From Eledone cirrhosa (taxonomy: Eukaryota), in assembly GCA_964016885.1 (NCBI GenBank), contig OZ024751.1, positions 14,508,001-14,572,000 on the forward strand: 64,000 nucleotides of DNA, read 5' to 3'. This document shows, one piece after another, positions 11,449 through 23,979 of this stretch; position 1 is the first letter of the stretch, and each line of letters opens with the position of its first letter. Below the pieces are notes generated by a model that was not told the DNA's origin, made no database searches, and saw only the letters and a list, made by a program, of their open reading frames with translations. A program made the translations under genes and the position numbers.

Positions 11449-11919
11449 TCCTGTAAAGTTGTTTGTAATAGGAAGGGCATCCAGCAGTAGAAAACATACT
11501 GAACAAAGGCTCCGGAAGACAATTTATGCCAAGGACATGACAACTTTCCTAGTATTGGTGCTATGATGAAATCAACTCAGTAGAGCACAGGATCATAAGT
11601 AGGGCCCTCAGCCAGCCTGGAGGTTTGAAGCTCTACTTAGTACTGGCATGTCTGTGACAACATGTCCAACCTTAGCTAGCAGGGAAAATGGAAGTTAAAT
11701 GACAATAATTATATATGTGTGACAGCTGGGCATTGGAGGAGTAATATCAAAACCCACCCAGGATATATAACACGTTGAACAAAAGATCACACAATAGCTG
11801 TCTGATGTGGTTGTATCTATTACATAATAGATACCACTGAAATATAACAGTAACAAAATAATCAATAAAATAATTCAAATACACTTCTTATATGTATGTA
11901 TATATATATAATGCCTGTA

Positions 11920-11970
<51 letters not shown>

Positions 11971-12600
11971 TAGGAATAAGTGAGTGAAGAAAAAGATATA
12001 TATATTTCCTGTCAATATAAAACATGAATTTTGTGTGTATGTATATTATGTATGTGACTGTGTGTACAGACATAACAAAAATAGTATGATATTAGTATTA
12101 AACAACACTGCTATATTTATGTTCCTTTATTCAAATCAAAATAAACTTACTATATATATATGTACAGTATGTTGGTACCACTTTCTACACACAAATTAAG
12201 AACTGGAAAATGATATTGTTCCTAAAAAATGTATACAAATTATAAAAAAAAAAAAAAATCAAATCAAAATGTCCTAGGAATGATCACAGAAGGATGCAAA
12301 ACTAGAATGTGTTTTTTGTTTGTTTGTTCTGGAAGTGAGTTTAATGTGGTAGGACTTTAATTATAACGATGGGAGTAATTTGGGTTTTTTTTTATCCCCG
12401 CCCCAAAATTGGTTCTGTTTAACTGACAAGAACATATATATATATATATATTTGAAAAAACTTAGGACCCCAATGGCTGAGCTCCGGCTGATTCAACAGC
12501 CATTACCTCCTCTACTATCCCAAGTATCGAGTAATGGTCTAGCTGGCTTTCACCACCTCCAATCAGATATGTATATATATATATATAACATATATATAAT

Positions 12601-12733
12601 AATTGTTTCTACTTTAGGCACATGGCCAGCAATCATCCAGTGCATTACTGGTACTTTTATTTTATCGACCCCGTAAGGATGAAAGGCAAAGTCAACCTTG
12701 ACGGGATTTGAACTCAGATCATAAAGGGACGTA
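12601..12733 (-). mobile_element. SINE family B, 5'-truncated
   Basis: Core, tail and B box match the other family B copies. Confidence 0.8.
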
Positions 12734-12879
12734 TAATAATAATAATAAATTTGAAGACAAAAATCCAAAGAGGGCTTGATAAGGATAAATATATATCAAA
12801 TATATAAGAACCGTAAGATCCCGTTAAGGGTGAAAGCAGCGATTCTTTGCTTAAACTTTAATCTGTTATTTTAATAAAT

Positions 12880-13683
12880 ATATAACTTATATATATATAT
12901 AACATATATATATATATATAACTTATATATATATATAACTTATATATATATAACTTATATATATATAACATATATATATATACAACTTATATATATATAA
13001 CATATATATATATAACATATATATATATAACATATATATATAACATATATATATATAACATATATATATATAACATATATATATATAACATATATATATA
13101 TAACATATATATATATAACATATATATATATAACATATATATATATAACTTATATATATATATAACTTATATATATATATAACTTATATATATATAACAT
13201 ATATATATATATAACTTATATATAACATATATATATAAGTTATATATATATAACATATATATATAAGTTATATATACATAACATATATATATAAGTTATA
13301 TATACATAACATATATATATAAGTTATATATACATAACATATATATATGTTATATATATATAACATTTATATATGTTATATATATATGTTATATATATAT
13401 ATATATAACATATATACATAACATATATATATGTTATATATATATAAATATATAACATATATATATATATAATACGTATATGTTATATATAACATATATA
13501 TATAAATATATAACATATATATATATATAACACATATATAACATATATATAATATATATAACATATATATAACATATATATATATATATATAACATATAT
13601 ATAACATATATATATATATATATATAACATATATATATATATATAACATATATAACATATATATAACATATATATATATATAT

Positions 13684-13718
<35 letters not shown>

Positions 13719-14235
13719 CATATATATATATATATATATAACATATATATATATATATATATATATAACATATATATATAACATATATATATATATAACA
13801 TATATATATATATATATATATATAACATATATATATAACATATATATATATATATATAATATATATAACATATATAATATATATGTTATATAATATATAT
13901 ATAACATATATATATATATAACATATATATATATATAACATATATATATATATATATAACATTTATATATATATATAACATTTATATATATAACATGTAT
14001 ATATATAACGTAAGTATATATATATATATAACGTATATAATGTATAATGTATATATATATAACGTATATAATGTATATATATATATATATATAACATATA
14101 TATATATATATATATAACATATATATATATATATATATAACATGTATATATAACATGTATATAACATATATATATATATATAACATATATATATATAACG
14201 TATATAAATATATTTATATAACATATATATATATA
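12880..14235. repeat. (TA)n-based minisatellite punctuated by AAC/GTT
   Basis: ATAAC(AT)n repeats over ~1.35 kb, almost entirely A/T. Confidence 0.95.
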
Positions 14236-14782
14236 TAAATATAAAGTCTGCAGTGCTGAAACCATTAATCATGTGAGTACTCAATACACGGGAAGACGTA
14301 AAGTATATATAAAGTTGTGTAAAATCTCTTGCATTTACACATCACTCTCTCGCTATATATATATATATATATGTATGGACCCATAACTCCTGATGGAGTG
14401 ATAGGGGCATTGTCATGACCTAGGGTGTGTGCTGGGCTTCGCTATGTTTTAAAAAAACGTGCCTATCTCTTATCCAGATCTGAGCACAGCCAATTTCTTC
14501 TAGAGAAGGAGAGAAGGAATGAGAGAGAAAGACATATAAAGGAAGAATGTACCTCAAAAGGATGAAGGGCAAAGTCAACCCTGGTGGGATTTGAACTCAG
14601 AGAGCTAAAACGAATATCGCCGAGGATTCTATCCAATGTCCTAACAACTCTGTCAATTCACCGCTATGATACTATGATAAAAGCATAATGTAACTGAAAA
14701 CTCTTGGAGTAAAGAAATTGTAATGACAGACTGAAGAACAACACTGCCACAAATTATTGGAATATATATATATATATATATA

Positions 14783-14976
14783 ACGAAGGAGTTGTGGTAA
14801 GGAACCAGATGGACCATAACACACCAGAGTACTCAATACTTAGGGTAGTAGAGTGGGTAATAGGAAAAAGTATGACCCCCGACGGCAGAGCTCAAGCCGT
14901 TTCGATGGCTATTTCTGGACGTCCAGAAATAGCTGTCGAAACGGCTTGAGCTCTGCCGTCGGGGTCATACTTTTTC

Positions 14977-14980
<4 letters not shown>
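14783..14980. mobile_element. Fold-back micro-element ending in a 121-bp loopless palindrome with hammerhead 3'-half
   Basis: Palindrome 14860-14980 centred on GGAC|GTCC. Each arm has CGAAA-CGGC-loop-GCCG-TC. Flanked by (TA)n on both sides. Confidence 0.6.
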
Positions 14981-15009
<29 letters not shown>

Positions 15010-15098
15010 CACATACTTGTAATCTGCATAACAAATCACTTTTCTCTTCTGATTAGCTTACTTGCTTTTTATTCTGTGTGTGCATATATATATATATG

Positions 15099-15156
<58 letters not shown>

Positions 15157-15480
15157 TAGTGGTTGGTGTTAGGAAGGGCATCCAGTTGTAAAATACCCAG
15201 AAAATTTATAGTCCTCACCTGAGCAAGGTGTCCCATGGCCAGACTTACCTCGACCCGTCTAAGCCATGCAAGCATGGAAGAATTGATGCTAAATAGAAAT
15301 CTTGATGATATATATATATATAGGGTCTGCAGTGCTGAGACAGTGGAAACAACTAATCATGGAAGTACTCAATATGTGGAGAGATGCAGAGTGGGTATAG
15401 AGAAAAGGTTTGTTGAACAAGCCGAAACCACTTGGCACCATGGTTGAGATTTTACGTATCTCTCTCACTATATATGTATA

Positions 15481-15522
<42 letters not shown>

Positions 15523-15524
<2 letters not shown>

Positions 15525-15930
15525 ATGTATAATAAACAATACAATATAATTACCTCATTACCAGAGGTTTCCTGAATAAGATGAATACAAGAAACGTCCT
15601 CATTCGTTCGTCAGACAAGGCAATTTAAAACAGCGAAATATTTGAAATATTTGAAATATTTCACTATGTTTTAAATTGCCTTGTCTGACAAACGAATGAG
15701 GACGTTTCTTGTATTCATCTTATTCGGGAAACCTCTGGTAATGAGGTAATTATATTGTATTGTTTATTATACATTAAATTTAGCTTTGGTACTTTCATAG
15801 AGCACTCTTCACTCCTATGACTTTTTCAATTTTCAACGGAAACTTCAATACTTATATATATATATAAAGTATTTCCGTAGAAAAAGTAAAGGAAAGAAGA
15901 GTGCTCTATGTGTAGTACAGAGCTATTTAC
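15523..15930. mobile_element. Double fold-back element with two inverted hammerhead-like motifs
   Basis: Near-perfect arms of ~110 bp at 15523-15776, followed by a more diverged inverted repeat at ~15780-15927. Confidence 0.6.
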
Positions 15931-16496
15931 TTATAATAATAATATAATATATAAATAAATAAATATATATATATATATTCTTTTACCTGTTCCAGCTGAG
16001 GCCATGCTGGGGCACTGCCTTTGTATATATATTTATATATAAGAGTCAGCTAATAATTATCAAAACATACCGACTCAGACAGTCAAACAGATGGAGGTTG
16101 TTTTGTATATTTATTGGGCTTCAGAATAACCAGTTTTTTTTACTTTTATACATTTAAAAAAAAAAAAAACTTTCCTAGACATAGAAGACCAGGTAAGAAA
16201 TAGCGAACGGTTGAGTGGGGTGAGGTGATTCTCAACAGTGAACTGTATCTGTTTAGCTGCCAATCTGAGAAACTAGCTAAGAATGGCACCTCTAGTGAAA
16301 AGTAAAAACAAAAAAAAAAAAAAATAAAAGTGCCATGGGGTTGTGTTTTTATTTTTTTGTTTGTTTTGATGCTGTTGTTGTTTAATAATTTGGTAGCTGC
16401 ACGGCAATTTGTTAAAGTATCCTGACAAAATTCCAGATAAAAAGATAAGAGGACAAACTACAATATAGAAAAATATGGCAAGGTTTTTGAAAATAA

Positions 16497-17560
16497 AAAC
16501 CAATAATAGTGACTTTTAATTTAGGCACAAAGCCAATAATTTGTTGGAAGAAGGGGGAAAGTTGGTTGTTTCAACCTCAGTATATGACTGGTACTATATT
16601 TTATTGACTCCTGAAGAATGAAAAGTAAAGCTAACCTCGGCGAGATTTGAACTCAGAACGTAAAGAGCCATAACTCTATGCTGCAAAGCATGGTGTCCGA
16701 CGCTCTACCGATTCTGCCAAAAACCAATAATAGTGACTTCTAATTTAGGCACAAAGCCAATAATTTGTTGGAAGAAGGGGGAAAGTTGGTTGTTTCAACC
16801 TCAGTATATGACTGGTACTTACTTTATTGACTCCTGAAGGACCTCGGTGAGATTTGAACTCAGAAGATAGAGGGGGCAATAATGATTGAAAAGCCTTTTC
16901 TTTGATCATCATCATCAACATCATCAATGAGTGTGCCAATCCAACGGCCTTCTTAAAATAATAATAATTGTTTCTACTATTGGCACAAGGCCAGCAATTA
17001 TCCCAGTGCATTATCCTTCTGCCAAAATTAGAAGTCACTATTATTAAAATAATAATAATAATAATAATTATTATTATTATTTCTAATATAGGCACAAGGC
17101 CAGAAATTTTGGGTCGAAGGGTAACAGTCAATTAAATCTACCCCATTATATGACTGGTAACTTATTTTATCAACTCTGGAAGGATGGAATGGAAAAAATT
17201 AAAAAATTGATCTCGACAGGAAATAATAATGGTTTCTGAATTAGGCACCAGGCCAACAATTTTGGGAGAGGAGGAAAGTCGATTAAATTGATCCCAGTGC
17301 ATTACTGGTACTTTATTTTATTGACCTTGAAAGGATGAAAGGCAAAGTTAACCGTAGCAGGATTTGAACTCAGAACGCAAAGGGCCATAACTCTATACCA
17401 CAAAGCATGGTGTCCGACACTTTACTGATACTGCAAATCAAATAATAATAATTATAATAATTCTCTCCTAATTTTTGACACAAAGGCCAGCAATTTGATG
17501 GAAATGGAAAATCAATTATATTGGCACCAGTAGATAGCTGGTACTTTTTTTTATCGACTC
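16497..17560 (-). mobile_element. Cluster of about 6 SINE family B copies or fragments
   Basis: Repeated GGCACAAGGCCAGCAATT..ACTGGTACT..GATTTGAACTCAG blocks, all in the same orientation and separated by (AAT)n. Confidence 0.8.
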
Positions 17561-17691
17561 CAGTAGTAGTATTAATAGTAGTATTCTAACATTTGAAAAG
17601 AATCCCAGAACTACACTGATAGTTTAGCTGACATTGATCTGTGGTTGTTACACAACCAATCACATTGGTATCAACTCATTAATAGACTGTT

Positions 17692-17905
17692 TTAACCCTT
17701 TAGTATTTACATTACTCTATATATACTATTGTATTTTCACAGTAAACACTTTATTTCACATAATATCTTATGTAATATCGAATCTATGAGAGTTTGATAT
17801 TTATATTCAGAACATAAATATGAACGGCCAGTTATGGCCAGTTTGAATAGAAAGAGGTGAGAGAATTCTGGCAGGATACGGCCAGTTTAAATGTTAAAGG
17901 GTTAA
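17692..17905. mobile_element. piggyBac-type MITE (~205 bp)
   Basis: TTAA|CCCTTTAG...TAAAGGG|TTAA. The internal sequence is shared with several other copies in the window. Confidence 0.8.
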
Positions 17906-18433
17906 AGAAATTGTAATGAAGAATGCAGGAGGGGGGAACAGGGAAGGGAGGCTCCTAACATAAGAGACACAAGAAAGGAACAACATGAAGAAAAGAAAAA
18001 AAAAAGAGAGAAGAGTGAGAGAAATTGGAATTAATTCTGGAACATTTTATTGTTTGTTTTGGCTTTTTTTTCTTTATTATTATTAATTTTTTTTTATACA
18101 AGGATCGCTGATTTCAGTGACAATTGTTTCTTTAAAACACTGAAAGAAAAAACTCAAGACTGTATTCCTTATATACACCAAATACACTGAGTTCTTCCTA
18201 CAAATATTTCCAATTTTTTTTTGGTTTCAATTTCAGCTGTTGTTTAAATTTTTTGGATTTATTAGTTTAATTTTTTGAAAATTTTTCCACAGAATATAAT
18301 TTTATTTGTGAGTTTAATTTTTTTTTTTCAACTATGACAATTTTATTTAATTTTTTTAATAATCTTTTTAAACATAATCAACTTTTTTTCTTCTTTTTTT
18401 TTGTTTAATACTGATTTTGAGTCTTTTTTTTGT

Positions 18434-18464
<31 letters not shown>

Positions 18465-18484
18465 TTTTTTTACATAAATGTTTA

Positions 18485-21400
18485 TTATTTATTTGTAAAT
18501 GGATAAAGAGGGAACGTGGTGCCGACCACATGTGTATGATGGTGTGTATGGACGTGTCTTTGAGTGGGAGGGGAATTCTGATAGTCTCGACTTTTATCAA
18601 AATTAGGGGATGGAGAAACAGAGGTCTCAGATATTGATGTTTTAGGATGTGGGGAAGAATGACAATTTGATGACGGTCTTGATGAAGACTTTTCCTGAAG
18701 TTCTGACATTTTGTGCACCTCATAATACGAGGCTGCTGATGAATGGTGGATCACTTCTGCTGATTTAGAAGATTCCAACTCAGGTCCAGGGAGGACAGGT
18801 TGGCTTAATATATTCTTTTGTGAGGACGTGTTTTTTTCTTCTTTCTCAGTATCGCTTTGGTTAAGCCTATAGCCTATATGAGGTGGATGTAGGTAAGATG
18901 CGTTTGGATAACCGATTACATTATTAAATTGCCGATAGGCATCAAAGTGTAACTGACTGTAACCAGGTGACTGCATATAGGGGTAGGGCATATAATGGGG
19001 GTAATTTGCAGAGGTAGCAGCAGATACCGTCGTATTACTGCTGGAACTAGGGATACTACTACTAGATGATGATGATGATGATGATGATGATGACGACGAC
19101 GAAGATGACGATGGCATATTACTATTATTACTACTATTGCTGCCGCCGCCACCACCACCACCACCGCCGCCACCACCACCACCACTACCGCCGCCACCAC
19201 CACCGCCACCACCACCACCGCCACCACTGCCACCACCACCAATAACACCACTACCACTGCTATTGCTGTTACCTAGAGACAAGGAGTAGGAACTCTTTAG
19301 TTTCTGACTTTCAGCTGGACTCCGTAGTTTATCCATCATCATCATTCGTTTGTCGGAAGGTTGACAGAGGTCTGGAATTGGTTTATTAATGGGCTTTATA
19401 TCACGTGCCATCACCTCTTTAGTCTTCATGTCCAAGAGATCACGCTTCGACGATGAGGTACTACTATTACCACTAGTACTGTTATCCCTAGAGATAATAT
19501 CATCATTAGGCATTAACCTGCCATGTTCTAGCATTTTGTGGCCCCCTTTTGGCATCATTAACTCCATCGCTTGCATGTCAGGCTTAGACCCATACTCCAT
19601 CTTGCGTTTCTCTTGTTCAAGGAACTTCTGCTGCTGATACATATAAAAGTGTGACATGCCCTCGTGTCTGACATCGTTGTGCTGCATTCTGTATGCTTCA
19701 ACGTCTGACATCTCGCACCGAGACTTATCCATTTGTGACTTCACCTCAAAACTCTCGTTCATAATTTGATGATTTTCGTTCTTTTTCTCTCTGATTGCTT
19801 GTTCTCGGTCTCTCTCCAAAGATTTCTCCACCATTATTTTCCGACTGTCTGGGCCCTTGTCTGCTTGGTTCGATTTCAAAGCCATATTGTGGGGACTTGA
19901 CTTGATAGTGTGAACATTGGGTGGAATATCAGAGTGTGATGACACTTTTAAGTCATCAGGTAAACCTGGTTTATTTTGAAATTCTATTGGTTTCTTACAT
20001 GACTCTACATCTTTGCCCCCTGGGTAATGTTGAACTCGTTTTTGATCTTCTAAAGCTTTCTCGTATTGCTGTCGATACTGAGGGTCAGCTAAGTGGTGCA
20101 TGTGAAACGAAGGGTCAACATAACCGTAGAGATACTGGAAGTGAGGAGGCTGAGGCCAAGTGTAATATTGTTGGTACCATTTGTGTGAGTAATCATGTGG
20201 CGAAATGGCTGCTGCTGCTGCACTGCTTAGTCCACCGCCGTCGCCGCCTCCCCCTCCCCCGCCTCCCCCTCCACCCGGAGGAGCACCTTCTTTGTGTTTA
20301 GGGTCTTCTTTCTCTTCTTTGATTTTCTTATCTTCCCTCATTTTCATTCCTTCTTCTAACGAAACCCCCATTTTATCATCCTGGCAGCTGACAACGCCCT
20401 GCGTTGGTTCACTTTTAATCGACGTCGATGCCTTGTGGTTGCCCACGTTTGAGCTCCCGGACACACTGTTGGAAGCACTGTTCTGGCTAACATGAGATGA
20501 GGACTGGGAAACATTGGGAACGAGGTAGGATGACTGGCCGTAATAACCATACATACCGTAGTGGGGAACGGCCGTTTGAGGAGGTTCCGGACTGTTCCGG
20601 CCTTGATGTTTCTCTTCTTTACGTGAGCTAGAACTTTCTTCCTTCACTTTCACTGGCGTGTCACCTTGCGTAGGTGACCCGGACTCATTGGCATCGGATA
20701 TGTCTGAATAGGCTGGACTCTGCACATCATCGTTGACCGGTGTCTTTCTGTCTGGCGTTGAAAGTAAACCAGGCATTGGAGGTCCGACTTTTAAAAGACC
20801 TGGAGGTTGTGTCATACGAGCGACGTGACTCGGGTCAAGAGATGATTTGGGAGAGATTTGTGAAGAAATCACAGAGTTTGCACAGCCTAGTGAACTAACA
20901 GTTGACCGTGAGAGGTCAGATATTAAATGTGGGGGTTCCATTAAACTACTGTCTTTTTTGGGCATCATATCAAGCCCTGATTTTGGTGGTGAAGCTACTG
21001 ATTTAATCACAGCAGTCCGTTCATATTTTGGGGTGTGGTCCCCTTTCAGAGAGGGAACATCACATTTACCTAATTCTTTCTCTTTATTACATTTCTTCTT
21101 CTGCTTTGATTTTTTATCTTTCAAGCTTACAAGAGCCGAATTAATGTTCATGGACTCACCAAGAATGGTCGGCTTTGGCTGAATTGGTTTCAGTGAAGGA
21201 GATACCTGAGTGTGGGTGGTTGGCACGGAGGTTAGGCCTGTGTGAGAAGAACCGACATTGCCGGGGAATGCCATAAGCTGGGGACTAGGAGCTGGTACTA
21301 TGGGTCGAGTTGGAGTTTTAGATTTTGATTTGTCAAGCACGGACATTTTCTCAGTTTTTATAGTTTTGTCGGAGTCTTTCAAATCCATCCGGCATGATTC

Positions 21401-22715
21401 TGAGACATGAGAGATTGTACCAAACGTAGTGACTGACGTTAATAAAGACTGACTGTTTATAGGACTGACAACAGAGGGCGCCATTGATGATGAGGTCATT
21501 GAGGGCATTGACGACATGGGGCTCATTTGAGTTACCATAGTAACACCACCTGTCCCTAGGCAACCCATAGGGGCACCAGAAAGCTGGTAAATTTGGCTAG
21601 GAAGGGATTTTGAGACAGAACCACCGATATTGAGACCAGATGAAGGATGTATGGAAGCACAACAACTTGATGGATGTTCACTTTTAATTATTTTTTCAGT
21701 TTTAATTGTCTCTCCTAACATTGGTACTTCAGTTTTAATGGATGCTTTGTCTAATAAGACTTTCTGTTCATCACTAGCTTCGTCAGCTGAGGCTGACTGA
21801 CAACTCATCTGCTCCTGATTTAAATCCCCAGCTGTAGAGCCCTCTTCTAAGTGAATATTGTCATCACTTTGTAGCTCCTCCTTGATTTTCTCTTTCCGAC
21901 TGCCCTTCTCGTTTGTTTCATCTTTCCGACTACGAACACCTTCTTCGTCTGTCATATTACCTTCCATGCTTATAGCATCTTCGTCTCGTAAACTCTCGTC
22001 AGCCTCTTGGGCTTGCAGCATTGAACTGTGATGTGCATGTGACTGGTGATAACGTAAACCATTAATATGCTTATACTGTTTATTGCAGTTAGCCTCGGGA
22101 CATTTCAACAGGACAGGTGAGCTTGCCTCTCCACTAGCAGGTCCAGCACTAGCTACACCATTACCGCTAGTTGACAAACTGATTGTAGCCGAAGCCATTG
22201 AATTATTATTATTATTGTTATTTATACTACTACTACTACTACTGCTGTTGCTATTGTTGTTATTGTTGCCGCTGGCACCTGTGTTACTACTGGCACTAGA
22301 CGCACCTCGCCAGCTTGATCGACATCTTTTGCTTCCTTTGCAAGGGTCTGAAGGAACGGTTAAGTCCAAATCTGAAGGTCTTCCCTTCCGTTTCAAGGAA
22401 CTGCTGCGGTCGTGCTCGAGTTTGGCAGGGCTGGCTGGAGCTTGGAAACTGTTACCTCCACACCGGCGCCCTTTCCGTAGTTTACGTCCCTCGTTGTTGT
22501 TGTTGTTGTTGTTGCTGTTGCCATTGTTGTTGCTGTTGTTGTTGTTGTTATTGTTGCTGCTGCTGCTATTGTTGCTGCTACTGTTGTTGTTATTGTTGTT
22601 GCTATTGATATTCAAACGCTCATTGACAGGAGTCGCAGTGTTACCGCGGCCTCTTTTTCCGCGTCCCTTCGGTGTCCTTGATTCGAAGTCACTTACAGGA
22701 GAGTCGCAGTTGAAT
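18485..22715 (-). CDS. ZNF608: Terminal coding exon of a ZNF608/ZNF609-like (scribbler/brakeless) C2H2 zinc-finger transcriptional co-regulator
   Basis: Open frame of about 1410 aa with family motifs: (R)FNCDSPVSD, single zinc finger CPEANCNKQYKHINGLRYHQSHAH (~22031-22102), LKPIQPKPTILGE, SPAYSDISD and C-terminal PPTQRHVHTHHHTHV. Polypyrimidine acceptor ttctctccttcAG lies at 22717-22716, at the family's phase-2 'PPR|F' intron position. Stop TAA at 18487-18485. ZNF608 and ZNF609 are vertebrate paralogues, so this is a co-ortholog. Confidence 0.92.
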
Positions 22716-23099
22716 CTGAAGGAGAGAACAACATGGATTAGGAATCCAGCAAGTCTTGGGAGGGAAGGGAGAAGTTTCAAGAGAGGGACAGGGGCACCAG
22801 TAAAGAGGGATTAATACAATGTACAGACAGACAAACCACTTCTATTTGAAAGGAGGATCAGAGTTAATCTAGGGAAGGATTTAGGGGGAAAAAAAAAAAA
22901 AAAAGAATGGAGAGAAAAAAAAAGAACCCCCCCCCCCCCCGAGATTTTTTTGTTTTTTTAAACCAACACAAATGTTGGTGGTGTAGAAGGAATTCCTCTC
23001 AACAGCCTAAACCAATATCTTTAGGCTTAAAACATTTGAATATTTACAAGTAGAAGATGAAAGTATAACATGGCTAAGATCTTTTCAGTGCTCCTGTAT

Positions 23100-23134
<35 letters not shown>

Positions 23135-23303
23135 ATCCATCTCTCTATGTTGTTGATGTTGTTGTTTTGGTTGTAGCTGGTGTACTATAGCATCTCTCTC
23201 CTCCGCTCCGAGTGTGCAGTTAGTTGATTGATTTTAAGAATCGGTTAGTTTACAAGATTGAAATAGTAGCTTCACTAACTTTTTTACTGTAGTTCATTCC
23301 AAT

Positions 23304-23376
<73 letters not shown>

Positions 23377-23445
23377 ATATATATATATACCGAGATTGCA
23401 TTCGTTAGCTTGGCTGCAACCAGGGCTTCGATGATGATGTACTAA

Positions 23446-23511
<66 letters not shown>

Positions 23512-23652
23512 CAGTTGACTCATAGTAGTAGTAGCAGTAGTAGTATTAATATTAATAGTAGTGGTAGTAGTAGTAGTAGTAATAATTAATGGTAGTGGTA
23601 GTAGAAGTAGTAATTAATGGTAGTGGTAGTAGTAATAGTAATTAATAGTAGC

Positions 23653-23683
<31 letters not shown>

Positions 23684-23979
23684 GCAGTGGTAGTAGTAGT
23701 AGTAGTACAACAAATGCAGATAGATAAATAAACAAAAACATCTGACAGAATTTTAATTAATCAAGTGTGAATGGTGACATGGGATGGATGTGAAGATAAT
23801 GAACCATACTCTATACACATATATATATACACATACATACTGATAAATATATGGGGGTGCGGTGAGGGAAGGAGGGAGGGAGAGGCTGACAGGTGTCTAA
23901 CTAGAGATGTGTTAGCTCTGGTCAAATTAGAATCACAATAAACAGCACTAAACACATCCAAGCAAATGTGCAAAAAGTA

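Noticed and set aside
13376-14284. Long Y/I/C/M-rich ORFs (also 29334-30794, 41737-42637, 49652-51241, 51860-53027)
   Set aside because: They are translations of TA/CA micro- and minisatellites.
22716-22780. N-terminal MKLLPSLPRLAGFLIHVVLSF of the 1431-aa ORF
   Set aside because: It is read-through into the intron. Family similarity begins at the acceptor at 22716, and the start codon is TTG.
22083-22814. 243-aa Leu-rich plus-strand ORF
   Set aside because: It is the antisense shadow of the poly-Asn/Ser part of the ZNF608 exon.
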